64,000 nt of DNA from an uncultured Candidatus Saccharibacteria bacterium (GCA_964605735.1 CAZSDS010000001.1:340813-404812); one strand, 5' to 3'. Positions 1 through 10,047 are shown, counted from the first letter of the stretch. A program made the numbers and translations. The notes: generated by a model not told the origin, from the letters alone.

Positions 1-1006
1 TTTCAGCCACATGGAATTGTCTTAGCCCATTTTTGCTGATCACCTCAGCAAAACCATTTCTTATTTCAACCTGCTCAAACGCCACTTTTACAAGCAAATC
101 ATCCGCATATTCGGTCATTGTCACTACCTGCAGATTCTTAAACTGCTTGACCGGCTTTGAAAACTTATTGAATCCTTTTGCGGCAAATGCCCGGGTAATC
201 TGAAGCGCGCGGTCAGAACGGAAATTGAACATGATCATCGCATCATTGTCGGAAATTTTAGCCGCCTGGCCGTTTGGCTGTCTGATAATCGTTGGCGGAA
301 CCATTTCATCGTAGATATGCTGGCTGTAATAGTCGCGAATGGCGTTTTCAGCGGTATCAAATTCGTTTCCTTCACCATAAACCATAGCCCGATATGCCTG
401 CTCAGTCAGGTTCCAGTGCTCAGCGCGGTCCATTGCGTAAAACCGCCCGACAATAGTGGCAATACTGCCCGTGCCAACCTGCTTGATTTTCGCGTTTAAT
501 TTCTCCAAGGATTCCAAAGCGATTTGCGGCGGCGTGTCGCGGCCGTCCAAAAACATGTGTACGTAAACTTTTTGAAGGCCATTTTCTGCGGCCAAACCCA
601 AAAGCGCGTACAAGTGCTCGTCATAACTATGCACACCACCCGGACTGCACAGACCAACAAGGTGTAAGGCAGAATTATTTTCCTTAACATGGTTGACTGC
701 TTCCAGAAATGCCGGGTTGTTGAAGAAACTCCTGTCTTCAATGGCTGTGGTGATGCGGGATAAATCCTGGCCAACAATTCTCCCAGCACCCAGGTTCAAA
801 TGACCGACTTCCGAGTTGCCCATTTCGCTCCACGGCAAACCCACTGACGGACCTGACGCCTGCAAAACAGTTGACGGGTAATGGTCAACCAAAGTGTTCA
901 TCTTGATCGGATTTGCTGCGGCAACGGCATTTCCATGCGTAGGAGTTGCAATCCCAAATCCATCCAACACAATCAAAACTAATTTTTTATAGGGTTTAAA
1001 ATCCAT
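1..1006 (-). CDS. gpmI: 2,3-bisphosphoglycerate-independent phosphoglycerate mutase, truncated by the window edge
   Basis: Read manually from ATG 1006: MDFKPYKKLVLIVLDGFGI...VGLPWSEMGNSEVGHLNLGAGRIV, the iPGM signature. Directly follows the pgk stop. Confidence 0.95.
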   Translation of the reverse strand, partial: MDFKPYKKLVLIVLDGFGIATPTHGNAVAAANPIKMNTLVDHYPSTVLQASGPSVGLPWSEMGNSEVGHLNLGAGRIVGQDLSRITTAIEDRSFFNNPAFLEAVNHVKENNSALHLVGLCSPGGVHSYDEHLYALLGLAAENGLQKVYVHMFLDGRDTPPQIALESLEKLNAKIKQVGTGSIATIVGRFYAMDRAEHWNLTEQAYRAMVYGEGNEFDTAENAIRDYYSQHIYDEMVPPTIIRQPNGQAAKISDNDAMIMFNFRSDRALQITRAFAAKGFNKFSKPVKQFKNLQVVTMTEYADDLLVKVAFEQVEIRNGFAEVISKNGLRQFHVAE

Positions 1007-2236
1007 TTATTTATCCAAAACTTTTATTGCTGGGAGTGATTTTCCTGACATATACTCGAGCATTGCGCCGCCGCCGGTGGATACATGGTCTATATACTCT
1101 CCAACCTTGGCGCGGGTGATAATTTCAAGGCTTTCTCCGCCACCGACCACCCCGAATGCCGAACCCTTGGTGTGGATGGCAAAAGCCTGGGCGATCCCCA
1201 TGCTCCCGAATGAAAATTTTTGTTTTTCAATCAAACCCATGGGCCCGTTCCATATCAATGTCTTAGCTGACTTAATATGCTTTGAAAAATCCTGAATTGT
1301 TTGCGGGCCGATATCATAAATGCATTCTTCAGGCTTAACCTTTTCCGGCGTCACGGCTCTGGACTGCGAATCTTCGGTTCTGGCCACCACCACGTCAATC
1401 GGCAAAACTATTTTTGATTTGTAATGTCTGAGCAGTTCTTTTGCCAGAGGAATTTCTGCAGCTTTGGAATGGCCAATTTCATAACCTTTGGCTTTCAGAA
1501 AGCTGTTTGCGATTGCCCCGCCAATCAAAATTTTTTCGGCTTTTCCCGCCAGGTTATTTATGGTCTCGATCTTGTCTGAAATCTTTGCTCCGCCCATGAT
1601 TATGATTAGGGGCAGGGCTGGCTTTTTTATGGCTTTATTTAGCGCGTTGATTTCCGCCATCAGAGACACTCCTGCGTAAGCGGAAATTTTCTGGGCGATT
1701 CCCACCATGGAAGCGGTTTTCCTGTGGCTTACGGAAAAGGCATCGTTGACGTAAACGTCCCCAAACTTTTCCAGCACTTTCACAAAACTGGTGTCGTTGT
1801 TGTCTTCACCTGGATAGAACCGCAAATTTTCCAAAAAAAGTATATCACCGCCAGCCAATTTCTTTGTCAGGTCTGAATAATCTTTTGCCGTAATATCTTC
1901 TGACAAAAAATAGATGTGGTTAGACACCTTGTAGTCGGGCAACGAATCCTTAATCCTCACTATCTTTCTGCCCAAAAGCGCCGCTAACTGTTCTGCTGCA
2001 GGAAACAGGCTTTTTTCAGCAAGCCATTTCCCTTCTGGCCTACCAAGATGCGAGATGATGATAATTTTAGCCTGTTGCTTTACTAAATAGTTGATTGTAG
2101 AGAGCGAAGATTTGATCCTGGTATCATCTGATACTTTATAAGCTCCAGATTTATCCTGGGTCAAAGGTACATCAAAACCAACCCGCAACAAAACCCGTCT
2201 CCCTTTGAGTTTTACTGAAGTGATAGGTTTGATCAT
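1007..2236 (-). CDS. pgk: phosphoglycerate kinase
   Basis: LLRVGFDVP, SHLGRP, LENLRF, VNDAF and HVSTGGGA motifs. Confidence 0.97.
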   Translation of the reverse strand: MIKPITSVKLKGRRVLLRVGFDVPLTQDKSGAYKVSDDTRIKSSLSTINYLVKQQAKIIIISHLGRPEGKWLAEKSLFPAAEQLAALLGRKIVRIKDSLPDYKVSNHIYFLSEDITAKDYSDLTKKLAGGDILFLENLRFYPGEDNNDTSFVKVLEKFGDVYVNDAFSVSHRKTASMVGIAQKISAYAGVSLMAEINALNKAIKKPALPLIIIMGGAKISDKIETINNLAGKAEKILIGGAIANSFLKAKGYEIGHSKAAEIPLAKELLRHYKSKIVLPIDVVVARTEDSQSRAVTPEKVKPEECIYDIGPQTIQDFSKHIKSAKTLIWNGPMGLIEKQKFSFGSMGIAQAFAIHTKGSAFGVVGGGESLEIITRAKVGEYIDHVSTGGGAMLEYMSGKSLPAIKVLDK

Positions 2237-2242
2237 GCAAAA

Positions 2243-3304
2243 CTAATTCTTCCCGATCGCAATAGCCTGTTCAACAAAACGGTTTGAATAGCCAAACTCA
2301 TTGTCGTACCAGGCCACTACTTTTACTAAATCGCCGTCCACAACTTGCGTTAGGCTCAAATCCACTATTGATGAGTGAGGGTTGCCAATGATGTCTGAGG
2401 AAACAATCGGCTCATTGGTGACTTCCAGGACATGCTCCCACATCGGGTGCCGAGCCGCTTCAATAAACGCCTTATTAACTTCTTCCACTGTTGTCTTTTT
2501 GCCCAAAACCAGGCTGAAATCCGATAACGATCCGCATGGTGTCGGGACGCGGTACGCTGCGCCACCAAGCAATTCCTTTAATTCAGGAATAGCCTCAGTG
2601 GTGGCAATGGTTGCGCCAGTGCTGGTCGGAATGATGTTGGCTGCTGCCGCGCGGGCACGTCTCAAATCATTGGATTTTCCTCCAGGCGGCGGCCCGTCAA
2701 CAAGGTTTTGTTCAGCGGTGTATGAGTGTATGGTGGACATAAGCATCTTTTTTATCCCAAATTTCGAGTGCATAACCGCAATCACAGGAGAGATGCAGTT
2801 GGTCGTGCAGGATGCATTGGAGATGATGTTTTGCTTTGCGTCGTACTTGTCATGGTTTACGCCAATGATGTAAGTCGGCGTAAGCCCCTTGTCCTTGGCT
2901 GGCGCTGAAATGATGACTTTTCGGGCTCCGGCCATAAGGTGCGCTCCAGCCTTCTCTGAATCAGTAAACCTGCCTGTAGATTCAAGCACCACATCCACTG
3001 CCAAGTCGCGCCAAGGCAACATTGCAGGATCTTTTTCCGCAAAGATAGGTATTTTTTTGCCGTCTACAATCAAAGTCCCGACTGAAGAAACTGTTGAGTT
3101 GGCTTTTTCCGGGCGATCACTGGTTTCTACTTTTTTCCCATACACGCCGTACACAGTATCGAATTTCAACAGGTGCGCCAAAACATGAGGCTCAGTTAAG
3201 TCGTTGATAGCCACTATTTCAAGCTCTGGCTTTTCCAGAGCAATTTTAAAAGCTTGTCGTCCGATTCGGCCGAAGCCGTTTATTGCGACTCTGATCTTCT
3301 CCAT
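2243..3304 (-). CDS. gap: type I glyceraldehyde-3-phosphate dehydrogenase
   Basis: INGFGRIGR, ASCTTNC and WYDNEFGY motifs. Confidence 0.98.
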   Translation of the reverse strand: MEKIRVAINGFGRIGRQAFKIALEKPELEIVAINDLTEPHVLAHLLKFDTVYGVYGKKVETSDRPEKANSTVSSVGTLIVDGKKIPIFAEKDPAMLPWRDLAVDVVLESTGRFTDSEKAGAHLMAGARKVIISAPAKDKGLTPTYIIGVNHDKYDAKQNIISNASCTTNCISPVIAVMHSKFGIKKMLMSTIHSYTAEQNLVDGPPPGGKSNDLRRARAAAANIIPTSTGATIATTEAIPELKELLGGAAYRVPTPCGSLSDFSLVLGKKTTVEEVNKAFIEAARHPMWEHVLEVTNEPIVSSDIIGNPHSSIVDLSLTQVVDGDLVKVVAWYDNEFGYSNRFVEQAIAIGKN

Positions 3305-3305
3305 G

Positions 3306-3449
3306 TTATTTGATCTCGTAAATTAGCAAGGCAACAAACATTGCCCAAACCAGGAAAATAGCAAACTCTTTGTCATCCTTGAACATCAGATGCTTGTGCA
3401 GCCATTTTTCCAAATGAAATTCCTTGTGAGCCCAGTGTTTTTTCTTCAT
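3306..3449 (-). CDS. 47-aa His/Lys-rich single-TM microprotein (not in ORF track)
   Basis: Read manually: MKKKHWAHKEFHLEKWLHKHLMFKDDKEFAIFLVWAMFVALLIYEIK*. Stop lies 1 nt before the gap ATG. Confidence 0.7.
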   Translation of the reverse strand: MKKKHWAHKEFHLEKWLHKHLMFKDDKEFAIFLVWAMFVALLIYEIK

Positions 3450-3506
3450 TTGTTTTTGTTTATTTTATTAATATTTTTTGTATAAACGCACAATTTAGCC
3501 TGATTT

Positions 3507-4388
3507 TCAGGCTTTTCCGTTGGTTTTCAGCAATTTTATCTTTGTTTCAGCCATTATCTGAAGAGCTTCCGTAGCTGGAGCCAAAATTTTCCTCGGATCA
3601 TAAATCTGAGGATTCTTATTTAAATTATCCCTTAAAGCTTTATTAAATGCAACCCTTAAATCCGTATCAATGTTGAAAACCGCAACGCCGTGCCTGATAG
3701 CCGCTCGCATTTGAGGATCAGGCACACCTGAAGCACCATGCAAAACCAGCGGAATTTTGACTTTTTTGTTGATGGCGGCCAATCTTTTCACATCAATATG
3801 CTCTTTTAAGGTAGAAAGTATTTTCTGGACTTTTGGGTTTACGGGAATTCCATGCATGGAACCTACAGCCACTGCCAAGGTATCAACTCCGGTTTCAGCC
3901 ACAAAACTTGCAGCCTCATTAGGGTCAGTCATCAAATCCTCCCCTGATTTCACTTCCTGCCAATCTTCGTTGCCCAAGAGTCTCCCAATTTCCGCCTGCA
4001 CCCAGACCCCATGCTTGTGCGCATAATCAACAACCTTCCTGGTCAGTCTTACATTTTCCTTGTACTCCATCCCCGAAGCATCAATCATGACTGAACTATA
4101 ACCGATGTCAATCAGCTTTTTGATCAAATTAAAATCCTTACAGTGGTCCTGATGCAGCGCAATTGGCACGCTTGCCTTCTTAGCCATTGTCTTTATCAAA
4201 CCTGCTATTTCCTCCAGACCCGCATATTCAATTGAGCCAACAGAGGTTTGGACGATTACAGGAGCTTTTTGATTTTCCGCCGCACGAATAATTCCCGCAG
4301 TTGTTTCCAAATTCTGCGTGTTAAAAGCAGGAACCGCATACTTACCCACTATCTGTTTTTTAATCAGCTTGTTGATGTGTACTAACAT
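3507..4388 (-). CDS. fba: class II fructose-bisphosphate aldolase
   Basis: AVPAFN, LHQDH, AVGSMHG, LVLHGASG and YDPRK motifs. Confidence 0.95.
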   Translation of the reverse strand: MLVHINKLIKKQIVGKYAVPAFNTQNLETTAGIIRAAENQKAPVIVQTSVGSIEYAGLEEIAGLIKTMAKKASVPIALHQDHCKDFNLIKKLIDIGYSSVMIDASGMEYKENVRLTRKVVDYAHKHGVWVQAEIGRLLGNEDWQEVKSGEDLMTDPNEAASFVAETGVDTLAVAVGSMHGIPVNPKVQKILSTLKEHIDVKRLAAINKKVKIPLVLHGASGVPDPQMRAAIRHGVAVFNIDTDLRVAFNKALRDNLNKNPQIYDPRKILAPATEALQIMAETKIKLLKTNGKA

Positions 4389-4394
4389 TTCTGT

Positions 4395-4688
4395 TTATCC
4401 GTTTAATTTTTCTACCAAATACCTGACCACTAGAGTGTAGCTTGCGATTGAGATTGTTAAAGCCACAACCATTCTTATAATCGCACTTCTAAAACCTTTA
4501 AAATTGGCGAGCAAAAACATTGAAACCACAAACACCGGAACCGTAAAGAACAAATAATTGCCTATAAAAATATTTCTGAGAATCTCATAATTGGACTTGT
4601 CGCCGAAATCTATCCAGCCTAAAATAAAAATCAAAGCAAAAAACAACAAAACATTGGCCAAAGAAAGGGGCAAAGCCAAGACCCGCAT
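4395..4688 (-). CDS. small multi-TM membrane protein
   Basis: Three hydrophobic segments; packed in the operon with a 1-nt overlap. Confidence 0.65.
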   Translation of the reverse strand: MRVLALPLSLANVLLFFALIFILGWIDFGDKSNYEILRNIFIGNYLFFTVPVFVVSMFLLANFKGFRSAIIRMVVALTISIASYTLVVRYLVEKLNG

Positions 4689-4891
4689 CAGAACTGTACT
4701 CCTGTCTTCATTATCTCCAGAATGCCGGGGAGTTTATCGCCGGTCTTAGGCGTACAAAGCGCATAAATTATCTTGAATTGACAATCATGTGTCTTTTTTG
4801 TGGTTGTCTTCAAGCCTCTAAAAAATATGACTGCAAAAACCAAGACTAAAAAGATAATCAACCGGTTTCTGTTTTTCTTTCGCATGTACAT
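4688..4891 (-). CDS. small N-anchored membrane protein with a Cys pair
   Basis: Basic N-terminus, one TM, then DCQFKIIYALC; tightly packed. Confidence 0.6.
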   Translation of the reverse strand: MYMRKKNRNRLIIFLVLVFAVIFFRGLKTTTKKTHDCQFKIIYALCTPKTGDKLPGILEIMKTGVQF

Positions 4892-4899
4892 ATGTTTTA

Positions 4900-5043
4900 T
4901 CAGCTCAAAGTGTTATATATCCCCACAACAACCAGGCAAGCTATAAGAGCAAAAAACACCATGCTCAACAGCGCAAAGAATGTGCGGTTGGCGTGATGGT
5001 GTCTGCCGTATGCGTGTTTTTGCCTGTAAACGTGTTTTTCCAT
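4900..5043 (-). CDS. 47-aa His-rich single-TM microprotein (not in ORF track)
   Basis: Read manually: MEKHVYRQKHAYGRHHHANRTFFALLSMVFFALIACLVVVGIYNTLS*. ATG lies 1 nt after the upstream stop. Confidence 0.7.
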   Translation of the reverse strand: MEKHVYRQKHAYGRHHHANRTFFALLSMVFFALIACLVVVGIYNTLS

Positions 5044-5044
5044 A

Positions 5045-5752
5045 TTAGTTTATGTATTTCTCCATCAGGTCTCTGATGGTTTTAAAAACACCTGTATTCT
5101 CATTTAGTTCGAATTCACAGCTTGGCAATGTTTCCGCGTCCGTATTGTTCACGTCATAAAACATATAAACGCTCTCCTGCCCGTCAAAAGCTATTGGACA
5201 GGTGCCAGTAAACTCTGTGGATTTAATTTCGTCAAAATCCAGGCTGGCAATTTGGGTTTTCAGGCGGGACAGCTCCGTAGACGTGAGAGTACCTGTTTTT
5301 TCTGCATCATTTATGATGTTCCCTTCCTGGGTGATGGTTGTCCAATCTTCGCACATCATTCCAGTCATGCATAAGCCCCCGTATCTTCTGACGGAAACGA
5401 GATTGGCTGTGTAATCAATCTCTTCCCAGCTTTCCGGGACATCACAAGGCGTCGGGAAACGCCTTATTTCACCTGTCTGGCCGTGCCTGGCCCAAGCTAT
5501 GACCTGGATACAGGCTGACGGATTGCCGTTGTTCTGGTTTTGGTTGTTGTGAGTAATAGCCGGCAATTCGATTTTGAAATTATCCATCTGCCACCAGAAA
5601 ACAACTGAAAGTATGGCCAGTAAAAACAACACCAGAATTGAAGAGGCTAAATAGTGGTGCCTGTTCAGCCAATGCCTGCCAAAATCATCATGATGCGGAA
5701 TCATGGAATTAGGGTCCTGGTCTGGGTGGGAGTAGTAGTTTTTCTTGGCCAT
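5045..5752 (-). CDS. membrane-anchored Cys-rich extracytoplasmic protein
   Basis: His-rich N-tail, one TM, CIQVI...FPTPCDVP module, GGLC...C and CPIAFDG motifs. Confidence 0.8.
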   Translation of the reverse strand: MAKKNYYSHPDQDPNSMIPHHDDFGRHWLNRHHYLASSILVLFLLAILSVVFWWQMDNFKIELPAITHNNQNQNNGNPSACIQVIAWARHGQTGEIRRFPTPCDVPESWEEIDYTANLVSVRRYGGLCMTGMMCEDWTTITQEGNIINDAEKTGTLTSTELSRLKTQIASLDFDEIKSTEFTGTCPIAFDGQESVYMFYDVNNTDAETLPSCEFELNENTGVFKTIRDLMEKYIN

Positions 5753-5780
5753 TTATTTCAATTTTATTTTTTAGGCAGAC

Positions 5781-6746
5781 TTAGGCTGGCTTAACCAGAT
5801 TTGCAGGGACTTCCCCTTTCAACGCAGCCACAATGTTTTCTGCGGCAACCTTGCTCATATTGTCTCTGGTTTCTACTGTCGCGGAAGCTGTGTGCGGTGT
5901 GATGACGATATTTTCAAGATCTGCCAGGCCAGGGGTCAACTGCGGCTCATTTTCCCAAACATCAATCCCAGCCGCGAAGATATCGCCGTTTTTTAAGGCA
6001 TTAAGCAAAGCCACCTCATCCACCACAGGTCCGCGCGCAGTATTAACCAAAACCGCGGTCTTTTTCATCATGTCAAACTGGTGGGCTGAGATAAGGTGCT
6101 TAGTAGTTGGCAAAAGGGGCACGTGAATGGAAATAAAATCGGAATTTTTTAAAAGCTCATCCAGTGTTGAGTGCTTGGACCCGATTTCAGCATCCAATTC
6201 CGTATTTGGTTGAGGATTAGTGTATAAAACTTTCATGCCAAAACCCTTAGCAGCACGTCTGGCCAATGCCCCACCTATCCTGCCCATGCCAATCACTCCA
6301 AGCGTTTTGCCATAAACATCCTGTCCGAGCAGTAGGAAAGGCTGCCACCCCTTGTACTTTCCTGCACGGGAGAACCGATCTGATTCCACTACTCTGTGCG
6401 CAGCTGCCAGCATCAAAGCCATTGCATGATCAGCAACTGCGTCTGTCAGAACGTCCGGGGTATTCGTCACTAAAATATTCCTCTTTGCCGCTTCCTCCAA
6501 ATTGATGTTGTCATAGCCGACTGCATAGTTGGCCACAACCTTAAGCTGTGGGCCAGCCGCATCCATGACTTCCCCGTCAATTTTGTCCACCAGCTGTGAC
6601 AAAATCGCGTCTGCGCCTTGAATATGTCCAATCAGCTCTTCACGGGACAATGGCCGGTCAAGCTGAGAGACTTCAACATCCAGATGATTGGCTTTTAATA
6701 CATCAATACCTGCCTGAGGAACACCCCTTGTGACGAATACTTTCAT
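5781..6746 (-). CDS. D-2-hydroxyacid dehydrogenase (glyoxylate reductase / D-glycerate dehydrogenase family)
   Basis: AVGYDNI, GMGRIG, NTARG, DVWENEP and TPHTAS motifs. Confidence 0.92.
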   Translation of the reverse strand: MKVFVTRGVPQAGIDVLKANHLDVEVSQLDRPLSREELIGHIQGADAILSQLVDKIDGEVMDAAGPQLKVVANYAVGYDNINLEEAAKRNILVTNTPDVLTDAVADHAMALMLAAAHRVVESDRFSRAGKYKGWQPFLLLGQDVYGKTLGVIGMGRIGGALARRAAKGFGMKVLYTNPQPNTELDAEIGSKHSTLDELLKNSDFISIHVPLLPTTKHLISAHQFDMMKKTAVLVNTARGPVVDEVALLNALKNGDIFAAGIDVWENEPQLTPGLADLENIVITPHTASATVETRDNMSKVAAENIVAALKGEVPANLVKPA

Positions 6747-7801
6747 TTTTGTTTCCTAATTTTAATGTTGTTGAAGATGAAATCAATTTTTGACGCCAGT
6801 ATTTCTGTGCTTAACGGCGAAGGGTTGATTTTACTCATGTCTACCTTAAAAACTCCTTCAATATTTGCGTATGGGAGTGCAGGGCCAATAATACTCAGAA
6901 AATACTTGTCTAGGGGAATAATAATAACTTTTCTGTACATATCTTGTGCAAAATACCCTCCAGAAATGTAAAATTCAAGGCCCTCTTGACCATCAATGAT
7001 CGCCTTACTTACTCCGTGCTCAGGTGCAAAGGCTATAACACTGGTCGAGTTTTTTAGTTTTTCATACTCACTATTAACAGCAATACCAATAGCAGGATTA
7101 ATTCTATTATATCCTAGTGTTTCTATAGTAACATCAGAAACAAATGTTTCGCCCATAAAAGACCTTAGATTTATATGCTTCAAAAAATCCCTTCCCCCAT
7201 TCATCAGGTCTATTGCTTCGTTCAACCTAACATCTCCAGGATAGGTAATGGAAACACCCGATTCATCATGTACATAGGATATAGGTTCCAAAATCCTAGG
7301 AGTTTCTTTGAATGACTCCACTATCTTTCTAAAGTATGATATTGCTTCCTTTTCATGATTCTTATCATAGTATATTGTGAAGCTATACTCAGGTGTTTCT
7401 GGTATTGGGAAAATGTCGGAATTGCTCTTCAGAATGGCCATTTTCGTAGGAAAACCGGGATTTTCCTGACCATTAAGCAACATATCATTAGTGGTGAATT
7501 CCAAAGATTGGTTATTCAACCTGACTTTATGTTTACCAGTTTCTCTTAATTCACCGAGTCCTCCACGAGTAATGACAAACCTGAATTTTTTCTCCGAATC
7601 GGAAACATCCTCAAAATAGTACGGATCCTTTAGTGGGTAAACAGCCCAAGCGGCTGGATAGCTAAATTGAAATCCGAGTTTTTCATGGGAAAATGTCTTA
7701 TATTCTTCCCCTGTACTAAATTCATAATAAGCAATACCCACCGCTATTACCAGTATAACCAATATCAAGACCCAACTTTTTTTTCGGAGAGAACCAAACA
7801 T
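6743..7801 (-). CDS. membrane-anchored protein with two PsbP-like starts
   Basis: N-terminal TM; LGFQFSYPAAW and SGVSITYPG; visibly AT-rich; overlaps both neighbours. Confidence 0.7.
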   Translation of the reverse strand: MFGSLRKKSWVLILVILVIAVGIAYYEFSTGEEYKTFSHEKLGFQFSYPAAWAVYPLKDPYYFEDVSDSEKKFRFVITRGGLGELRETGKHKVRLNNQSLEFTTNDMLLNGQENPGFPTKMAILKSNSDIFPIPETPEYSFTIYYDKNHEKEAISYFRKIVESFKETPRILEPISYVHDESGVSITYPGDVRLNEAIDLMNGGRDFLKHINLRSFMGETFVSDVTIETLGYNRINPAIGIAVNSEYEKLKNSTSVIAFAPEHGVSKAIIDGQEGLEFYISGGYFAQDMYRKVIIIPLDKYFLSIIGPALPYANIEGVFKVDMSKINPSPLSTEILASKIDFIFNNIKIRKQK

Positions 7802-8781
7802 TACTTAAATTCCTTCGGCCTGAACTTAGGGTTCTTTTTCATGAATGATTCCATCTGTTTCCTGGTCTGCAAGCCTTTGTGCGGTCCTACGTGCAATACC
7901 ACGTTGCCACCATTGATTGTGCCCCAAACCATAGCTTCTTCAATCGACTTTCCGTGAATAATGGCAGCTGTAAATCCAGTTCCGTAAGCATCGCCGGCAC
8001 CCGTAGCTTCAATCCTTGGCCCAGGATATTCCCGGATAAACCAAATCTTTTTTCCATCTGAGGCGTAAGAACCTTCCCTGCCGTCTGTAATCACGGCAAT
8101 CGGGGCGCCAAGCTTGTGCATGGCTTTCATCAGCTTAGGGATGTCTCGGGTTTTTTGTTCAGTCACCAATGCCGCCTCTTCCCTGTTCAGGAACAAAATT
8201 TCGGTGCGCTTGTAAATTTCTGCCAGTTTCTTGGCTCCCATGCGCATCTGGAAAGTTCCTGGATTGAAAGAAACCTTGATGTGCGGATTCTTTTTCAGGA
8301 AAGTAGCAAAATCCTTGTGGAATTTTTCAGTGCCTGCTCCTAGGGATGAGAAATAAATCCAATCAGTATCCAGTTTAGTCGGCATGCTGTAGTCGAACTT
8401 GTGGTGTTTTAGCAAAATTGTTCGCTCGCCCTGAAAAACCAGGACAATGTGAAAATTTGTTTCCACATTCTTATTTACATGCACGTACTTGGTGTCAATA
8501 CCTTCCGCCTTCAGCGCGTTGATGATAATTTTTCCGTTTGCATCAGCGCCTAAAGCAGAAACAAAAGCATTTTTTAGCCCCAATCGAGCAGATCCTACCG
8601 CATTGTTTGTGGAATTGCCTGCCGGCAGAGTGGTTAAATTCTCATATGGGATTTTATCAGCGTAGGTTAGGCAGAGTTGGCAATCGGTTTTATCCAAATT
8701 GCAGTGAACGGACGCTTCGTGAAGTTCAACAAAAGCATCGATGGTGGTGTCTCCAATGGAAACAATGTCATATTTAGCCAT
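7801..8781 (-). CDS. PfkB/ribokinase-family carbohydrate kinase
   Basis: AGNSTNNAVGSARLG, FLNREEA and ATGAGDAY motifs. Confidence 0.93.
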   Translation of the reverse strand: MAKYDIVSIGDTTIDAFVELHEASVHCNLDKTDCQLCLTYADKIPYENLTTLPAGNSTNNAVGSARLGLKNAFVSALGADANGKIIINALKAEGIDTKYVHVNKNVETNFHIVLVFQGERTILLKHHKFDYSMPTKLDTDWIYFSSLGAGTEKFHKDFATFLKKNPHIKVSFNPGTFQMRMGAKKLAEIYKRTEILFLNREEAALVTEQKTRDIPKLMKAMHKLGAPIAVITDGREGSYASDGKKIWFIREYPGPRIEATGAGDAYGTGFTAAIIHGKSIEEAMVWGTINGGNVVLHVGPHKGLQTRKQMESFMKKNPKFRPKEFK

Positions 8782-8867
8782 TTTTCAGTTTGTTTCTTAG
8801 GATTAATTGCTTTGATTTACTTATGAATTATAAAAGCTATACCATATAAAAGCAAATGCTTTGCAAA

Positions 8868-8876
8868 TTATCCACA
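8868..8876 (+). promoter_or_regulatory. DnaA box TTATCCACA
   Basis: Perfect 9-mer in the intergenic region upstream of pfkB. Confidence 0.55.
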
Positions 8877-8920
8877 ACGACACTCTTGTGCAAATATTTG
8901 GTAACTTTTATTGTAATTTC

Positions 8921-9045
8921 TTGGGCCCAGAGCGGTTCCTCAGGTCCAGGCCATTGACCAACAATGAGAAGCTTGGTAAAACACTACCTGACAAGTACGC
9001 GCGTTTGAACCGTCCACAAAAACACCGGTTACCCGGTGTTTTTGG
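8921..9045 (+). ncRNA. candidate small structured RNA (unassigned, possibly 6S-like)
   Basis: TTGTGC-17-TATTGT upstream; nested pairings gcggttc/gaaccgt, cagg/cctg, accaa/ttggt; ends at a terminator hairpin. Confidence 0.4.
9017..9044. terminator. bidirectional intrinsic terminator
   Basis: caaaaacaccgg-ttac-ccggtgtttttg right after the transketolase stop. Confidence 0.85.
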
Positions 9046-10047
9046 TTATTTTCTTTTGATGACTTTCTTTACGGCTTTATAGACTGCCGCAGAATCCATT
9101 CCCCATTTTGCTATCAGTTCATTAGGTTCCCCTGACTCTCCAAAATGATCTGGCATGCCCACATACTCTTGGGGCACAGGATAATTTCTGGACAAAACTT
9201 CAGCCACGGCTGAACCGACACCCCCGGTAACCTGATGCTCTTCCGCAGAAACCACACAGCCGGTTTTTTTCGCAGAAGCAATGACGGTTTTTTCATCCAT
9301 TGGCTTTACTGAACCCACGTTTATGACTTCGCACTCAATTCCCTCCTGGGAGAGTTTTTCCGCGGCTTGCAAGGCGTAATAGACTTGCGGTCCGGCGGCA
9401 GTGATTGTGCAATCAGAACCGGTTCTGAATACCTGAGCTTTACCGATTTCAAATGGCGTATTTTCCGTTGTGAATTGCGGGGTTTTTTCGCGGGCCAGCC
9501 TGATATAAACCGGTCCATGAATCTTGCCGGCGGCAATGGTCATTTTTCTGGCTTCAATGGCGTCGCAAGGCACGAGAACAATCATTCTTGGCAATACTCG
9601 CGAAATTGCAATGTCTTCCATGGCTTGATGTGTTGCTCCGTCCGGTCCCACGGAAATCCCGGCGTGCGAACCGATTACCTTTACGTTGTTGCCGGAATAG
9701 CACACAGAAACCCTGATCTGGTCCCAACTGCGTCCAGGTGAGAAAGTTGCATAAGAAGTGCAAAAAGCGACCTTTCCTTCATGAGCCATGCCAGCGGCAA
9801 TCCCAACCATGTTCTGCTCAGCCACCCCTACCTCCACATATCGCTCAGGAAACTGGTTTGCAAAATCAGACATCATGGTTGAACCAGTCAAATCACAACA
9901 AAGTCCAACTACATTTGGGTCTTCTTTGCCAAGAATTACAAGTCCTTCTCCAAAACCTTTCCGGATCGGCACTTGTTCAATCTGATCCGTGAACATGTCA
10001 GGAGAAAGTTCCATTATTGATTTGGTTTTTCTGGTTTTCTTTGCCAT
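9046..10047 (-). CDS. transketolase, C-terminal subunit
   Basis: VGVAEQNM, GPDGATHQ, YIRLAR and EEHQVTGGVG motifs. Confidence 0.95.
   Translation of the reverse strand: MAKKTRKTKSIMELSPDMFTDQIEQVPIRKGFGEGLVILGKEDPNVVGLCCDLTGSTMMSDFANQFPERYVEVGVAEQNMVGIAAGMAHEGKVAFCTSYATFSPGRSWDQIRVSVCYSGNNVKVIGSHAGISVGPDGATHQAMEDIAISRVLPRMIVLVPCDAIEARKMTIAAGKIHGPVYIRLAREKTPQFTTENTPFEIGKAQVFRTGSDCTITAAGPQVYYALQAAEKLSQEGIECEVINVGSVKPMDEKTVIASAKKTGCVVSAEEHQVTGGVGSAVAEVLSRNYPVPQEYVGMPDHFGESGEPNELIAKWGMDSAAVYKAVKKVIKRK

Noticed and set aside
8921-9016. SRP (4.5S) RNA, suggested by tcaggtcc
   Set aside because: The GGAA tetraloop and AGCAG of helix 8 are missing.
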